Shown: positions 42,490 to 52,803 of the stretch, piece after piece
Layout: each line of letters opens with the position of its first letter
Numbering within the stretch: the stretch's first letter is position 1
Source: Acidobacteriota bacterium
GTDB taxonomy: Bacteria; Acidobacteriota; CAIWXX01
Assembly (NCBI GenBank): GCA_040755995.1
Contig: JBFMAF010000037.1
Span: 192,001-256,000, forward strand
Length of the DNA stretch: 64,000 nt
Direction of reading: 5' to 3'
Made by a program: the position numbers and the translations under genes
Notes under the pieces: generated by a model
Told to the model about the DNA's origin: nothing
The model's input: the letters and a program-made list of their open reading frames with translations, nothing else
Database searches by the model: none

Positions 42490-44115
42490 ATGAAGTTCCA
42501 CATCATGATCGTTCTGTTACTGTTCTCCTGCGCATCTGTACCGGCATTCTGCTGCACCAACTACCTGATCACCAAGGGGGCGTCGGCCGACGGATCAACC
42601 ATCATCACATACGTCGCCGATTCACATGAACTGTACGGCGATTTGCCGTACATTCCAGCGGGGGTCCACATCGAAGGCACGATGATCGACATCGTCGACG
42701 GCGACACCAAGGTCTACCACGGCCAGATCAGACAGGCGCGCGAGACCTACGCCGTCATAGGCCTCATGAACGAGCACCAGGTGGCGATCGGAGAGACCAC
42801 CTGGGGCGGCCGCAAGGAGCTGGAGGGGTCCAAGGGCGTGATGGACTACGTGAATCTCATGCAGGTTGCGCTGCAGAGGTCGAAGACCGCCGTGGAAGCC
42901 GTCACGACGATGGGCCGGCTCGTCAAGGAGTACGGCTACTGCAGTTCGGGCGAGTCCTTCTCGATTTCAGATCCGAATGAGGCATGGATCATGGACCTGA
43001 TCGGGAAGGGGCCCGATGAGAAGGGCGCAGTCTGGGTCGCGAGGAGGGTGCCCGACGGATATATCTCGGCCCACGCCAACGGGCCGCGCATAAGGCAGTT
43101 CCCGCTCAACGACAAGGTGAACTGCCTGTACGCCGAAGATGTGATCTCGTTCGCGCGGGCGAAGGGCTTCTACCAGGGCGCGGACAAAGACTTCACCTTC
43201 TCCGAGACCTACAATCCGCCCACATGGAAGTCGCTCAGAGCATGCGAAGCGCGAGTATACGCGATGTTCAACCGCGCAGCCCCGTCGCTCAAGCTCAGCA
43301 CCGACTACATCGACGGCGTCAAGGGAGCCGAACCGCTGCCCCTCTGGATCAGGCCCGACAAGAAGCTCTCGGTGCGCGACGTGATGGAGCTGATGAGGGA
43401 CCACTTCGAAGGCACCAAGTACGACATGACGAAAGACGTGGGCGCCGGGCCGTTCGTGCTGCCCTACCGGTGGCGTCCGATGAGCTGGAAGGTGGACGGC
43501 GTCGAGTACATCCATGAACGCGCAGCTTCGACGCAGCAGACCGGGTTCTCCTTCGTAGCACAGTCGCGATCCGGGATGCCCGATCCGATCGGCGGTGTGC
43601 TCTGGTTCGGCGTCGACGACACCTTCTCTACGGTATACGTCCCCATGTACTGCGGCATGACCAGCGTCCCGGTTGCCTACGCGCCCGGCACGGCCACTCT
43701 GCACCGGTTCTCCTGGGACTCCGCCTTCTGGGTTTTCAACTTCGTTGCGAACTGGGCCTACTCGCGCTACTGCGACATGATCAAGGACATCCAGGCAGTG
43801 CAGAGAGAGCTCGAGGGGAGATTCCTTGCCGAGCAGCCGAAAATCGAGTACGCAGCACAGGTGCTCTATCGTGAATCGCCGCAGAAGGCAAAGGAGTACC
43901 TCACCGAGTACAGCGTGAATACCGCACAGGCGGTCGTCGCGCGCTGGAAACAGCTCGGGGAATCGCTCATAGTCAAGTACATGGACGGGAACGTGAAGGA
44001 CTCGCAAGGCAAGGTGACGCATCCACCGTACCCTGAATCCTGGTACCGCCGCATCGTGAACGATGCAGGAGAGCGCCTGAAGGCGAAGAAGCTGGAGGGT
44101 GAGAAGGAGGAGTGA
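42490..44115 (+). CDS. C69 family dipeptidase (secreted Ntn-hydrolase)
   Basis: Signal peptide then CTNYLITKGASADGS; MNEHQVAIGETT, GESFSISDPNEAW and SAHAN. Confidence 0.88.
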   Translation: MKFHIMIVLLLFSCASVPAFCCTNYLITKGASADGSTIITYVADSHELYGDLPYIPAGVHIEGTMIDIVDGDTKVYHGQIRQARETYAVIGLMNEHQVAIGETTWGGRKELEGSKGVMDYVNLMQVALQRSKTAVEAVTTMGRLVKEYGYCSSGESFSISDPNEAWIMDLIGKGPDEKGAVWVARRVPDGYISAHANGPRIRQFPLNDKVNCLYAEDVISFARAKGFYQGADKDFTFSETYNPPTWKSLRACEARVYAMFNRAAPSLKLSTDYIDGVKGAEPLPLWIRPDKKLSVRDVMELMRDHFEGTKYDMTKDVGAGPFVLPYRWRPMSWKVDGVEYIHERAASTQQTGFSFVAQSRSGMPDPIGGVLWFGVDDTFSTVYVPMYCGMTSVPVAYAPGTATLHRFSWDSAFWVFNFVANWAYSRYCDMIKDIQAVQRELEGRFLAEQPKIEYAAQVLYRESPQKAKEYLTEYSVNTAQAVVARWKQLGESLIVKYMDGNVKDSQGKVTHPPYPESWYRRIVNDAGERLKAKKLEGEKEE

Positions 44116-44123
44116 CGCGGGCA

Positions 44124-44293
44124 CTGGCGAAACGCGGCCTCGGTCCGATGAAGCGTGCGAGGCCGCGCCGGCCGCACCTCGCGTAGAGAGTGGAGAGTCG
44201 AGAGTGGAGAGTGAACAGCTCCCCTGTGGCGATGACGCCGCGCTCCATGAACGTGACTCAGTCGCAACATGCTTTTCCCCTCAGGCCCCCTAG
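44124..44293 (-). repeat. Dispersed element, copy B
   Basis: Reverse strand reads CTAG...ATGTTGCGACTGAGT (44270-44256)...four CTCTCNA heptamers...56-bp palindrome (44182-44127)...CCAG. Confidence 0.85.
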
Positions 44294-45522
44294 CACGTCT
44301 ACGGGGCAACCTCTCGCTTCTCGGGCCTGGCATCGCCGTCGCAGCAACAGGTGTGGGTGCCGGCGACATGATCGCCGGCACATCGGCCGGCGCCCGATTC
44401 GGCACCACGCTGCTCTGGGCCGCGGCCTTCAGCGCCCTGCTCAAGTACGTGCTCAACGAGGGCATCGCGCGATGGCAGCTGGCCACGGGCACAACCCTGC
44501 TCGAGGGCTGGGTCGAACGCCTCGGCAGGCCGCTCCAGTATTACTTCCTCGCCTACCTCATCGGATGGGCGTTCATGGTGGGAGGCGGTCTCATTTCGGC
44601 ATGCGGGATCGCAGGGCATACGATCTTCCCGACGTTCTCGGTGAGTGTCTGGGGCATCCTGCATTCGATCACAGCAGTCGCCCTCGTGCTCCTGGGACGT
44701 TACAGCTTTTTCGAGCCGCTCATGAAGGGGCTGATCGGCGTAATGTTCGTCTCATTCCTGATCGGCGCCGTCGAGCTTCGTCCCGCCTTCCATGAGCTGC
44801 TGCGAGGCCTGGCCTTTCCGTCAGTGCCCGCCGGCTCCGTGAGGCCCATCTTGAGCGTCATAGGAGGTGTCGGCGGCAGCCTGACGATTCTTTGCTACGG
44901 CTACTGGATCAGAGAGTCCGGGCGCGATGGGACGAGCTGGATGCGTGGGACGCGCATCGACCTGGGCGTCGCCTACACACTCACCGGCTTCTTCGGCGTT
45001 GCGGTGATGATCCTCGCCGCGCGAGTCCATCCGGGGGCGGCTGGTGGATCGCGCATCGTCCTCGCGATGGCCGATCCACTCGCATCCGCGCTCGGCCCGG
45101 TCGGGCGATGGGGTCTCTACGCCGGGTTCTGGGCCGCCGTGTTCAGCTCGCTGCTCGGCGTCTGGCAAGGGGTCCCGTACATGTTCGCAGACTTCGTGGC
45201 GCTCCTGAAGCGCCTGCAACCGGCTGAGCGCGCAGAGCTCGTGAGCAGCCGCTCGGTCTACTATCGAGGCTTCCTGCTGTTCCTGGCCTTCCCGCCGATG
45301 CTCCTTCTGCTGTTCCAGAAGCCAGTAGCCGTGGTGCTGGCTTATGCGGCCGTCGGCGCGCTGTTCATGCCTTTCCTGGCCGGCACCCTGCTCTACATGA
45401 ACACGCGCCGCCAGTGGGTCGGAAACCTCAGGAACGGCTGGCCCACCACTCTCCTCCTCGCTCTGGCGTTGCTCGTGTTCCTGTATCTCGGCATCCACGG
45501 GGTCGTCGAGGGCGCGGACTGA
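44269..45522 (+). CDS. Nramp-family divalent metal transporter-like protein
   Basis: LGPGIAVAATGVGAGD, EGIARWQLATG and GGVGGS...YGYW; about 11 TM helices. Confidence 0.85.
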   Translation: MLFPSGPLARLRGNLSLLGPGIAVAATGVGAGDMIAGTSAGARFGTTLLWAAAFSALLKYVLNEGIARWQLATGTTLLEGWVERLGRPLQYYFLAYLIGWAFMVGGGLISACGIAGHTIFPTFSVSVWGILHSITAVALVLLGRYSFFEPLMKGLIGVMFVSFLIGAVELRPAFHELLRGLAFPSVPAGSVRPILSVIGGVGGSLTILCYGYWIRESGRDGTSWMRGTRIDLGVAYTLTGFFGVAVMILAARVHPGAAGGSRIVLAMADPLASALGPVGRWGLYAGFWAAVFSSLLGVWQGVPYMFADFVALLKRLQPAERAELVSSRSVYYRGFLLFLAFPPMLLLLFQKPVAVVLAYAAVGALFMPFLAGTLLYMNTRRQWVGNLRNGWPTTLLLALALLVFLYLGIHGVVEGAD

Positions 45523-45529
45523 AGGTCAT

Positions 45530-45553
45530 ACAGCGCGACATAAGTCGCGCTGT
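45530..45553. terminator. Hairpin between convergent genes
   Basis: acagcgcgac-ataa-gtcgcgctgt. Confidence 0.55.
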
Positions 45554-45567
45554 GCAGCCTGCGGCGG

Positions 45568-47337
45568 CTACCAACCCGCGATCGCCCGTTCGCCTCGCAC
45601 GTCGGCGCCGCCGAATAGCGTCTGATGCTCCAAGTCGATCCCCACTGCCGTGACTGCGGTAGGCATGCGGAACGGACCGACGATGCGCAGGTCGTGCCCT
45701 CTGCGCCTCAACTCCTCCAGCACCTCCCACGGCACGCGTCCCTCGATCGTCAGGACGCCGGGCTGATCCCTGTGGTCTCGGAACGAGTTGAACATGTGTT
45801 CGGAGTTGATGCGCGGCGCCTCGATCGCCTCCTGGATCGGCAGGCCGAAGTCGATGTGCGCAAGGATCACGTTGAGGTTCTGCTGATCCTGGCTGTCCCC
45901 GCCCGGCGTGGCAATGGCCATGTACGGGCGCCCGTCCTTGAGTATGATCGTCGGCGTGAGTGTGATGCGGGGGCGTTTCTTCGGAGCCACGACGTTGGGG
46001 CTTGCAGGATCGAGGCTGAACTGCTGCATGCGCTGTGACAGCGGGACACCCGTATCTCCCGCGATGAAAGCGCCATCGAGTATCCAGGCACCCGAGACGA
46101 CCGCGGAGAAGAGATTCCCCGTGGAATCGACGGCGTTCACGGCGGTGGTGTCGCCGGACTGCGAGGCGAGACCCGAGGCGGATTGCGGCTTCGAGGAGCT
46201 GGACGGCTTCGTCAATCCAGGACGATGGGTCGTGGAGGCGCGCCTGGGATCGATGAGCGCCCGCCGCTGGTCCGCATACGACTTCGAAAGCAGTACGTCG
46301 CTTGGGATTTTGGAGAAATCGGGATCGCCGTAGTATGCGTCGCGATCGTCGAACGCGAGCTTCATGGCCTCCGTCACCGTGTGCAAGTAGTCTGCCGACT
46401 GGAATCCCATCGACTTCAGATCGAAGCCGGAGAGGATGTTGAGCGTCTCGAGCAACGCCGGACCCTGAGTCCAGAAGCCCGCCTTGCAGACATCGTAGCC
46501 GCGATAGACAACGCGAAACGGGTCCTCGACACGTCCGCGAAAAGATGCGAGGTCCTCCTCGGTGAGCAGCCCGCCGGAGTCCCGCGCGGTCCTGACGAGT
46601 CGGCGAGCGATGTCACCCTTGTAGAAGGCGCTTCTCCCGGCTTCAATCGCCTTCAGCCGATCCTTCGTCTGCCGATACTCGACATCGTCCGCCGCGGCGA
46701 TGGCGCGGAGTGTTCTGGCAAGGTCTGGCTGGCGGAACATCTCGCCCACCTCGACCACGCGCCCGCCCGGATAATAGACCGCCATCGTCGACGGATATCG
46801 CTCGCATTTTTCGCGCTCGCGGATCATGATCTCACGCAGCACGTCATACATCGGGAACCCGTCGGCCAGGTCGATGGCGGGCTGAAGCACATCGGAGAGA
46901 CGTTTCGTGCCGAACTGCGAGAGAACGAGTGCCATCGAGTCCACCACCGCAGGCACGGTGGCGGCCCGAGGCCCGTGGAAGTCAATGTACGGCCGGCCCG
47001 CCCAGACTTCCGGCTCGGCCGCGGCCGGCGCAACGCCCTGGCCGTTCACTACGAGCACCTGCCTCCGCTGCGCGTCGTACAGCACGACAGGGGCCTCGCC
47101 ACCGAAGCCGAACAGGTGGATCTCCGTGACGCTTGCAGCAAACACCGCGGCCGCCCCGGCATCGAAAGCGTTCCCGCCCTCCCTGAACATTCGCATACCC
47201 GCTTCGACCGCGAAATGACGGCCTGCGGCCAGCACGTAACTCTTGGCGTTGATCTCGGCGCGCATGGTCTGCGCCGCATAGAGAGATACATTAAGCATCA
47301 TCAGGACCATCACTGGGAATCCAATTGCTCTCAGCAC
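45568..47337 (-). CDS. Gamma-glutamyltransferase family protein
   Basis: GGNAFDA, FGFGGE, FYKGDIA, nucleophile GDTTAVNAVD and TPGGDSQ; AGGAGG RBS before the GTG at 47337; signal peptide. Confidence 0.88.
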   Translation of the reverse strand: MLRAIGFPVMVLMMLNVSLYAAQTMRAEINAKSYVLAAGRHFAVEAGMRMFREGGNAFDAGAAAVFAASVTEIHLFGFGGEAPVVLYDAQRRQVLVVNGQGVAPAAAEPEVWAGRPYIDFHGPRAATVPAVVDSMALVLSQFGTKRLSDVLQPAIDLADGFPMYDVLREIMIREREKCERYPSTMAVYYPGGRVVEVGEMFRQPDLARTLRAIAAADDVEYRQTKDRLKAIEAGRSAFYKGDIARRLVRTARDSGGLLTEEDLASFRGRVEDPFRVVYRGYDVCKAGFWTQGPALLETLNILSGFDLKSMGFQSADYLHTVTEAMKLAFDDRDAYYGDPDFSKIPSDVLLSKSYADQRRALIDPRRASTTHRPGLTKPSSSSKPQSASGLASQSGDTTAVNAVDSTGNLFSAVVSGAWILDGAFIAGDTGVPLSQRMQQFSLDPASPNVVAPKKRPRITLTPTIILKDGRPYMAIATPGGDSQDQQNLNVILAHIDFGLPIQEAIEAPRINSEHMFNSFRDHRDQPGVLTIEGRVPWEVLEELRRRGHDLRIVGPFRMPTAVTAVGIDLEHQTLFGGADVRGERAIAGW

Positions 47338-47707
47338 GCTCGCCTCCTGTCCCCAGCCCAACAGTTTATCACGCGCCGCCGCAGACGACCCGTTCGCGTC
47401 GGCCGAGCCGCCGAGCCCGGGGCGACGGGACCCAGCCCAACCTGCTATCGCCGATCCACAGATCCCCCGCCTCTCTCGGCTCCCGCCGGGCCTTCGGTCC
47501 CTCCGCCAGGTCCTAATCATGGAGAGGCCGCCACCAAGGGAGGGCCTATCGGCCTTCATGTTCCACGGAGCTTCCAGCGCTGCGATCCGTCACCGCGAGC
47601 GCTAACGGAGCGGCGAAGAATCTGGACTCTGACAGGCTGCAAGGGGCCTCCCTGAGGTTCGAGGCTCGCGGGAGACGTGGCTCTGCGAGTGCCTGTCGAT
47701 GTCGTGA

Positions 47708-48067
47708 TCACTTTCTCGCGCCGCGTGTCTTCTCTCCACACGCCTCTGCCAAGACCGAGACCATAAGGTGGTTAAGCGACGTGTCCTCTACCTCAGCCAA
47801 ACGAGAAAGACGCGCATGAAGTGACCGCGGCATGCGAATCCTGATCTGTCCGGAATAGTCGCCCGTCAGATCCGCGGGCGGCAGCGGGTCCCCGTCCTCT
47901 TGGAGCACTTCCAGCATCGTCTCCGCTGCCTTTCGTGCTTCCGAAGCGGCCCTCTCGGGCGATGGTCCGTGAGCTGCGCATCCCGGCAGAGCCGGAACGC
48001 GGGCCACATAGGCGTCGTCTGCATCGCTCCACTCGACCACAATCCGGTACTTGAAAGCCTGCTTCAT
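47708..48067 (-). CDS. hicB: HicB-family antitoxin
   Basis: YVARVPALPGCAAHG, then YSGQIRIRMPRSLHARL..A..E..SLN (RHH). Confidence 0.9.
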   Translation of the reverse strand: MKQAFKYRIVVEWSDADDAYVARVPALPGCAAHGPSPERAASEARKAAETMLEVLQEDGDPLPPADLTGDYSGQIRIRMPRSLHARLSRLAEVEDTSLNHLMVSVLAEACGEKTRGARK

Positions 48068-48324
48068 TCTTCCACCTCCAAGCCGTGCCCATCGACGATG
48101 TCCACTACCTGTCTCACCTGGTACGGTTTCGCCTTTCCGGCCGATCCTCTCTGCAGATTGACCATCGGCACCTCCGATCGCCCTGCATGCCGGCAAATCC
48201 GATGGCTCCCTACTCGGCGTCTCTCCTTGAACCCCAACCGCACGACCAACCCGCACAGATCCTCGAATCTGACACTCCCGGGGTTTCGTCGAGCCTGATC
48301 GAGTAGCCTCTGCCACCGTCCCAT
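48064..48324 (-). CDS. hicA: HicA-family toxin
   Basis: VRFEDL...GF...GSH and KAKPYQVRQV; overlaps hicB. Confidence 0.88.
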   Translation of the reverse strand: MGRWQRLLDQARRNPGSVRFEDLCGLVVRLGFKERRRVGSHRICRHAGRSEVPMVNLQRGSAGKAKPYQVRQVVDIVDGHGLEVEE

Positions 48325-48328
48325 GAGG

Positions 48329-48354
48329 TGATGATACCATATATGGAACCATCA
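48329..48354. promoter_or_regulatory. Probable HicB operator overlapping an extended -10
   Basis: Imperfect palindrome TGATGATACCATATATGGAACCATCA; minus-strand TGgTATCAT lies 6 nt before the hicA ATG. Confidence 0.55.
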
Positions 48355-48390
48355 TGGAAAGACTGCTGGTGCATGCGCATGCACCACTGG

Positions 48391-48777
48391 TCAGTTGAAG
48401 TGCTGCCCGCAGAACTCTTCCATTGCGTGCCAGCTCCAACGTGTTCGCACGAATTCCAACACGCGCTCGCCCCCGGCAAAGGACGCGATCACTTCGTCGG
48501 GTGTGAAACGTAGAAGTGACGATACCACCAGGGGTCTTGTCGGCGGGCTCGTTCCCGCCAACATCTGCTCCATCGATTCTCGTGAGCCACCGATAGATGG
48601 TTGAACATGCAATGCCCTAGTAGTATCGGCCCCGCGCGGTGCGCCGGCCTTGAGCTGGCTCCGGAGGACCAGGACGAGTCCCTCGATCTCGGCGACTCTC
48701 AGGCGGAGGAGGAAGTTCTCGTTAGCGACCTGATCTGAGTCCGAGTTTAGGGTTCTCTGCAGCAAGTGTAATCTCAT
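48391..48777 (-). CDS. Hypothetical protein
   Basis: 128-codon ORF filling the gap, co-oriented with its neighbours; no motif recognised. Confidence 0.3.
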   Translation of the reverse strand: MRLHLLQRTLNSDSDQVANENFLLRLRVAEIEGLVLVLRSQLKAGAPRGADTTRALHVQPSIGGSRESMEQMLAGTSPPTRPLVVSSLLRFTPDEVIASFAGGERVLEFVRTRWSWHAMEEFCGQHFN

Positions 48778-48908
48778 TCAACCAGGTCTACAGCGTCACC
48801 GTGCACGAAAACCCACGGGCACGATCGCCCTCCAGGGGGGCGCGGTGTCGGTCAATGCTGCGAAACGCGCGCGGGACAGCCGCCGGAACTGGCCGACCGC
48901 CAGGCTTC

Positions 48909-49676
48909 CTATTCGGCTACGTTGTCGAGAAATCGGCGGAGCCGGTCTCGGAACGCACGTCCCACAGTGAGTTGCTTGCCATCCTTCAGCATCACGACCT
49001 GTTCGCCCTGGAACCAGGGGTGCATCTCCTTCACGCGGTCGAGGTTCACGATGGTGGAACGGTGGATTCGCACGAACTGGTCGGGGTTCAACTTGGGCTC
49101 GAGCCCGTTCATCGTCTCACGCAAGAGGTACTCGTCCTTGCCTACGTGCAGCGTGATGTAGTTGCCGGCGGCCTCGAACCAATCGACCTCAGTGGCCTTG
49201 AGGAATAGCACGCGGCCTCCGCTCTTGACCACCAGCCGCTGCAAATACTTGCGTTCGCTGCGCAGAGCGTCGAGGAGGGTGCGGAGGCTTCCCTGGGCCG
49301 CGAGAGCCCCTCCCTGCAACTCCTTGCGTGCCCGAGCCAACGCGCGCTGGAAACGATCTTCGTCAAACGGCTTCAACAGGTAGTCCACGGCGTGCGCATC
49401 GAACGCGCGGAGCGCATACTTGTCGTAGGCCGTCGCGAATATCACCAGGGGCATCTTCTCCGGACCAACCGCCTCTATCACGTCGAAGCCGTCCACGCCG
49501 GGCATCTGTACGTCCAGGAATACCAGGTCAGGCGAGAGCTCGGTGATCCTGGCGATGGCGTCCTCGCCGTCCGCGCACTCGCCGACGATCTCGATCGAGG
49601 GTTCGTCCTTGAGCAATCCCGCAATCCGCTTGCAGGCCCAGGGCTCGTCGTCGACGATCAGGACGCGGATGCTCAT
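48909..49676 (-). CDS. LytTR-family response regulator
   Basis: LIVDDEP, FLDVQMP, AVDYLLKP and FVRIHRSTIVN. Confidence 0.93.
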   Translation of the reverse strand: MSIRVLIVDDEPWACKRIAGLLKDEPSIEIVGECADGEDAIARITELSPDLVFLDVQMPGVDGFDVIEAVGPEKMPLVIFATAYDKYALRAFDAHAVDYLLKPFDEDRFQRALARARKELQGGALAAQGSLRTLLDALRSERKYLQRLVVKSGGRVLFLKATEVDWFEAAGNYITLHVGKDEYLLRETMNGLEPKLNPDQFVRIHRSTIVNLDRVKEMHPWFQGEQVVMLKDGKQLTVGRAFRDRLRRFLDNVAE

Positions 49677-50782
49677 GGTCGAGCGCCCCCGGCAGGTTCC
49701 GGACCTGCCATCTGAAGCGGCATCCGTAGCGACACGACGAGGCCGCCCTCCTGCGCGCTTTCCAACGTCAATCGATGCGCAGCAGGGTAGAGCTGTTCCA
49801 GACGCCGGCGCGTGTTGCCGAGCCCCAGGCCCTCGGGTGGAGGCTGTGTCGAGCCGGCTGGGAGCCCGCAGCCGTTGTCGGCAATCCTGAGGACCAGGAA
49901 GCCGTCGTCGCGCCGGCCCTCGATGGATATGGACCCGTGGTGCTTGCGTCCCGCGAAACCGTGGCGGATGCAGTTCTCCACGAGCGGCTGGAGCAGCATG
50001 CTCGGCACGCGCGCATCCAGCAGCGCAGGGTCAAGATCCACGATCAGAGCCAACTTGTCGCCGAAACGTATCCGCTCGATCTCGACGTACTTCTGCACAA
50101 ACTCTATCTCCTGCCTCAACGACGCTTCGTGGTGACCGATGTTGTCCAGGATCAGCCGCAGCAGGTCGCTCAGCCGGCTCACCATGCGGTCCGCAGCCTT
50201 GACGTCCTCGTGCATCATGGCGGATATCGTGTTCAGCGTGTTGAAGAGGAAATGCGGATGGAGCTGCGCCTTGAGGAGCTGCAGCTGCGCCTGCGCGAGC
50301 TGCCGCTCGCGTTCCTTGTACTTCTCGAAGTAGTTGATGGCCGTGGTGAATCCGACTATCGCCCAGTACGTGATGAGATTCGGATTGAAGCGCGCGAAGA
50401 GCATGTGGGAGAGCTCGGGCGACGCGTAGCAGATCATGGCGTAGAGCCAGGAGTGGCTGATGGTGAAGACGAGGCAGGCGGGGACGTGGACGATCAGGCT
50501 GCGCGGCCAGACGCGCCGTTCGAGGGGGAAGCGCCACGTGAGCCACACGATCAGAGGCGCATAGACGGCCGTGATTGCGGCGCTGGTGGCCGTAAGCTCG
50601 ATGATCTGGGCCCAGGGCATGTCCTGTCCTCGCAGGAGGAAATAGACGTAGACCTCGGGCGCGAGTACGAGCGAGAGAACTGCCCAACCCCCGAGAATGA
50701 GCGCCCACGTTTTCGAGCCACGCCATGGAGAGGATGTGGGCATCGATGTGTCCCTGCAGCCGGCGGGAAAGGAATCTGTCAC
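49673..50782 (-). CDS. LytS/YehU-type sensor histidine kinase
   Basis: LKAQLHPHFLFNTLNTI, LQPLVEN.I.HG and GLGLGNTRRRL; N-terminal TM helices. Confidence 0.92.
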   Translation of the reverse strand: MTDSFPAGCRDTSMPTSSPWRGSKTWALILGGWAVLSLVLAPEVYVYFLLRGQDMPWAQIIELTATSAAITAVYAPLIVWLTWRFPLERRVWPRSLIVHVPACLVFTISHSWLYAMICYASPELSHMLFARFNPNLITYWAIVGFTTAINYFEKYKERERQLAQAQLQLLKAQLHPHFLFNTLNTISAMMHEDVKAADRMVSRLSDLLRLILDNIGHHEASLRQEIEFVQKYVEIERIRFGDKLALIVDLDPALLDARVPSMLLQPLVENCIRHGFAGRKHHGSISIEGRRDDGFLVLRIADNGCGLPAGSTQPPPEGLGLGNTRRRLEQLYPAAHRLTLESAQEGGLVVSLRMPLQMAGPEPAGGARP

Positions 50783-50950
50783 GATGGAGCTCCAGCGGTC
50801 ATCTCGCCTATCTTACCATTCCTGCAAGACTTACATCGGATCCGGCGAAGGAGGGGGGCCGAATGTGACGAGTTGCATCCGGCCGTGACATACGCCGGAA
50901 TCGTTGAGATAATCGGATGGCGAGTCGCAGCCCCGAGCTGCAATGAGGAC

Positions 50951-51122
50951 CTGGGAATGACTTGAGGTGAGAATGATGTTGCGATTGAGTAGAGTCCTTG
51001 ACGCGGTGCGTCACCACCACGCCCAAGCCAGTCATTCTCAACTCCGCGCTCTTGACTTTCTACGCGAGGCGCAGCCGACGCTGCGGGGCATAGATCATGG
51101 GTCAGAGGCCGCGCCTCGCTGG
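50951..51122 (+). repeat. Dispersed element, copy C
   Basis: CTGG...ATGTTGCGATTGAGT (50976-50990)...degenerate heptamers...56-bp palindrome (51064-51119)...CTGG. Confidence 0.85.
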
Positions 51123-51136
51123 AGCAGGAGGCGCAG

Positions 51137-52555
51137 ATGGTAGAGGACGCACGGGATGTGGGACGGCGGGAGCGCGCTCCGAGTCTGCTCGTCGCGTTGA
51201 TACCCCTCCTGGCCATGGCGGTTCTTCTCGGGGTCGGCTACGGTGTTTATCGAATCAAGGCGCAGGTACTGCTCGTCGCTGCAGCGTTCCTCACCGGCGG
51301 CCTGTGTCGAATGCTCGGGTTTACGTGGAACGAGATGCAGGAGGGGATCATCGAGAGCATCAGGAAAGCGCTTCCTGCGATCCTCATCATGCTGTGCGTC
51401 GGCATCCTGATCGGATCCTGGATCGCGTGCGGGACGATCCCGATGCTGCTGTACTACGGGCTGAAGCTCATTTCGCCGAAATACTTTCTGGTGACGGCGT
51501 GTCTGGTGTGCAGCATTACGTCGCTGGCCACGGGTACCTCGTGGGGGACAATCGGGACGCTTGGAGTGGCTTTCGTCGGCATCGCGATCGGGCTCGGCAT
51601 CCCTCTCGGACCGGCCGCGGGCGCGATCGTGGCCGGAGCCTACTTCGGCGACAAGTTCTCTCCGCTTTCCGACATTCCCAATTTGGCCCCGGCCGCAACG
51701 GGGGCGAATCTGTATGAGCACATCAGGCACATGCTCTGGTCCGGGCTGCCCGCCTGGGTCATGGGACTCCTGATCTATCTACCGCTCGGCCTGCAATACG
51801 GCGGCCGCCCGATCGACTCGGAGAGTCTGCGGTTGATAATGACAACCCTGCAAGGCGCATTCAACTTCAACGTGGTGCTCGTCCTGCCGATGCTCATCGT
51901 ATTTTACTCGGCCGTCACGAAGAAACCTGTGGTGCCGGCCATGCTCGTCTCCTCGCTCACCGCCGGAGCTCTGGCGGTGTTCCTGCAGGGGGCCTCCACG
52001 ATCGGCATCGCCACCGCGATGAACTCGGGCTACCAGGCGCACACCGGCGTTGCGAGTGTCGATCGTCTGCTCTCTCGTGGCGGGCTGATGAGCATGATGG
52101 AAACGCTGCTCATTGCGTTCACGGCCTTCACCTTCGGCGGGATCATGCAGCGAACGGGACTGTTGCAGGTCATCCTCGACCATGTGATGAAGGTGGCGAG
52201 GCAGGTATGGAGCCTGGTGTTGGTCACAGTGGCGGCCACCGTCATGACGGCGCTCGTGACCGGCAGCTCGTACCTGTCGATGCTCGTCCCCGGCGAGCTG
52301 CTGGCTCCAATCTACAAGCGGAAGAACCTCGCTGCGAAGAATCTTTCGCGCATCGTCGAGGAATGCGGCGCGATCATCGTCCCGTTGATCCCGTGGAGCA
52401 TGGCCGGCGTGTACATCGCCGGTGTGCTCGGCGTTCCCACCGTCTCGTATCTCCCATGGGCCTTCATGAACTACATATCGGTCCTGCTGCTAGTCGTCTT
52501 CGGCCTGACCGGCTTCAGCATGGCGCCGCGGTCGCGGGAGGACGAGACGACCTGA
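51137..52555 (+). CDS. nhaC: NhaC-family Na+/H+ antiporter
   Basis: GTIPMLLYYGL, TGTSWGTIGT, GAYFGDKFSPLSD, LLSRGG and LIPWS. Confidence 0.9.
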   Translation: MVEDARDVGRRERAPSLLVALIPLLAMAVLLGVGYGVYRIKAQVLLVAAAFLTGGLCRMLGFTWNEMQEGIIESIRKALPAILIMLCVGILIGSWIACGTIPMLLYYGLKLISPKYFLVTACLVCSITSLATGTSWGTIGTLGVAFVGIAIGLGIPLGPAAGAIVAGAYFGDKFSPLSDIPNLAPAATGANLYEHIRHMLWSGLPAWVMGLLIYLPLGLQYGGRPIDSESLRLIMTTLQGAFNFNVVLVLPMLIVFYSAVTKKPVVPAMLVSSLTAGALAVFLQGASTIGIATAMNSGYQAHTGVASVDRLLSRGGLMSMMETLLIAFTAFTFGGIMQRTGLLQVILDHVMKVARQVWSLVLVTVAATVMTALVTGSSYLSMLVPGELLAPIYKRKNLAAKNLSRIVEECGAIIVPLIPWSMAGVYIAGVLGVPTVSYLPWAFMNYISVLLLVVFGLTGFSMAPRSREDETT

Positions 52556-52803
52556 AGTCCGGGCCATTGCTGCGTCCGGGAACCGAACATCACCAGGGTC
52601 CCGGTCCACCACGTCGCAAGCCGCTGGGTAGCAAGGCCTGCGCGATAGCTCGGAAGACCAAGAGCCGGAACGGGTCCGGGAATCGGACACCGAACGGGGC
52701 GCGTCCTTGCAGTTGCCACCCTGTAAAGGCTTGAATCCCAAGGCATTTCTCGGCTACCGCTGGTTGGCATACATCATGCCTTCTCCCGAAGCGGAGGCTG
52801 AAG

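Noticed and set aside
47585..47625. REP-like GAGCG..CGAAGAATCT motif between the GGT gene and hicB
   Set aside because: Single partial occurrence with no partner arm found.
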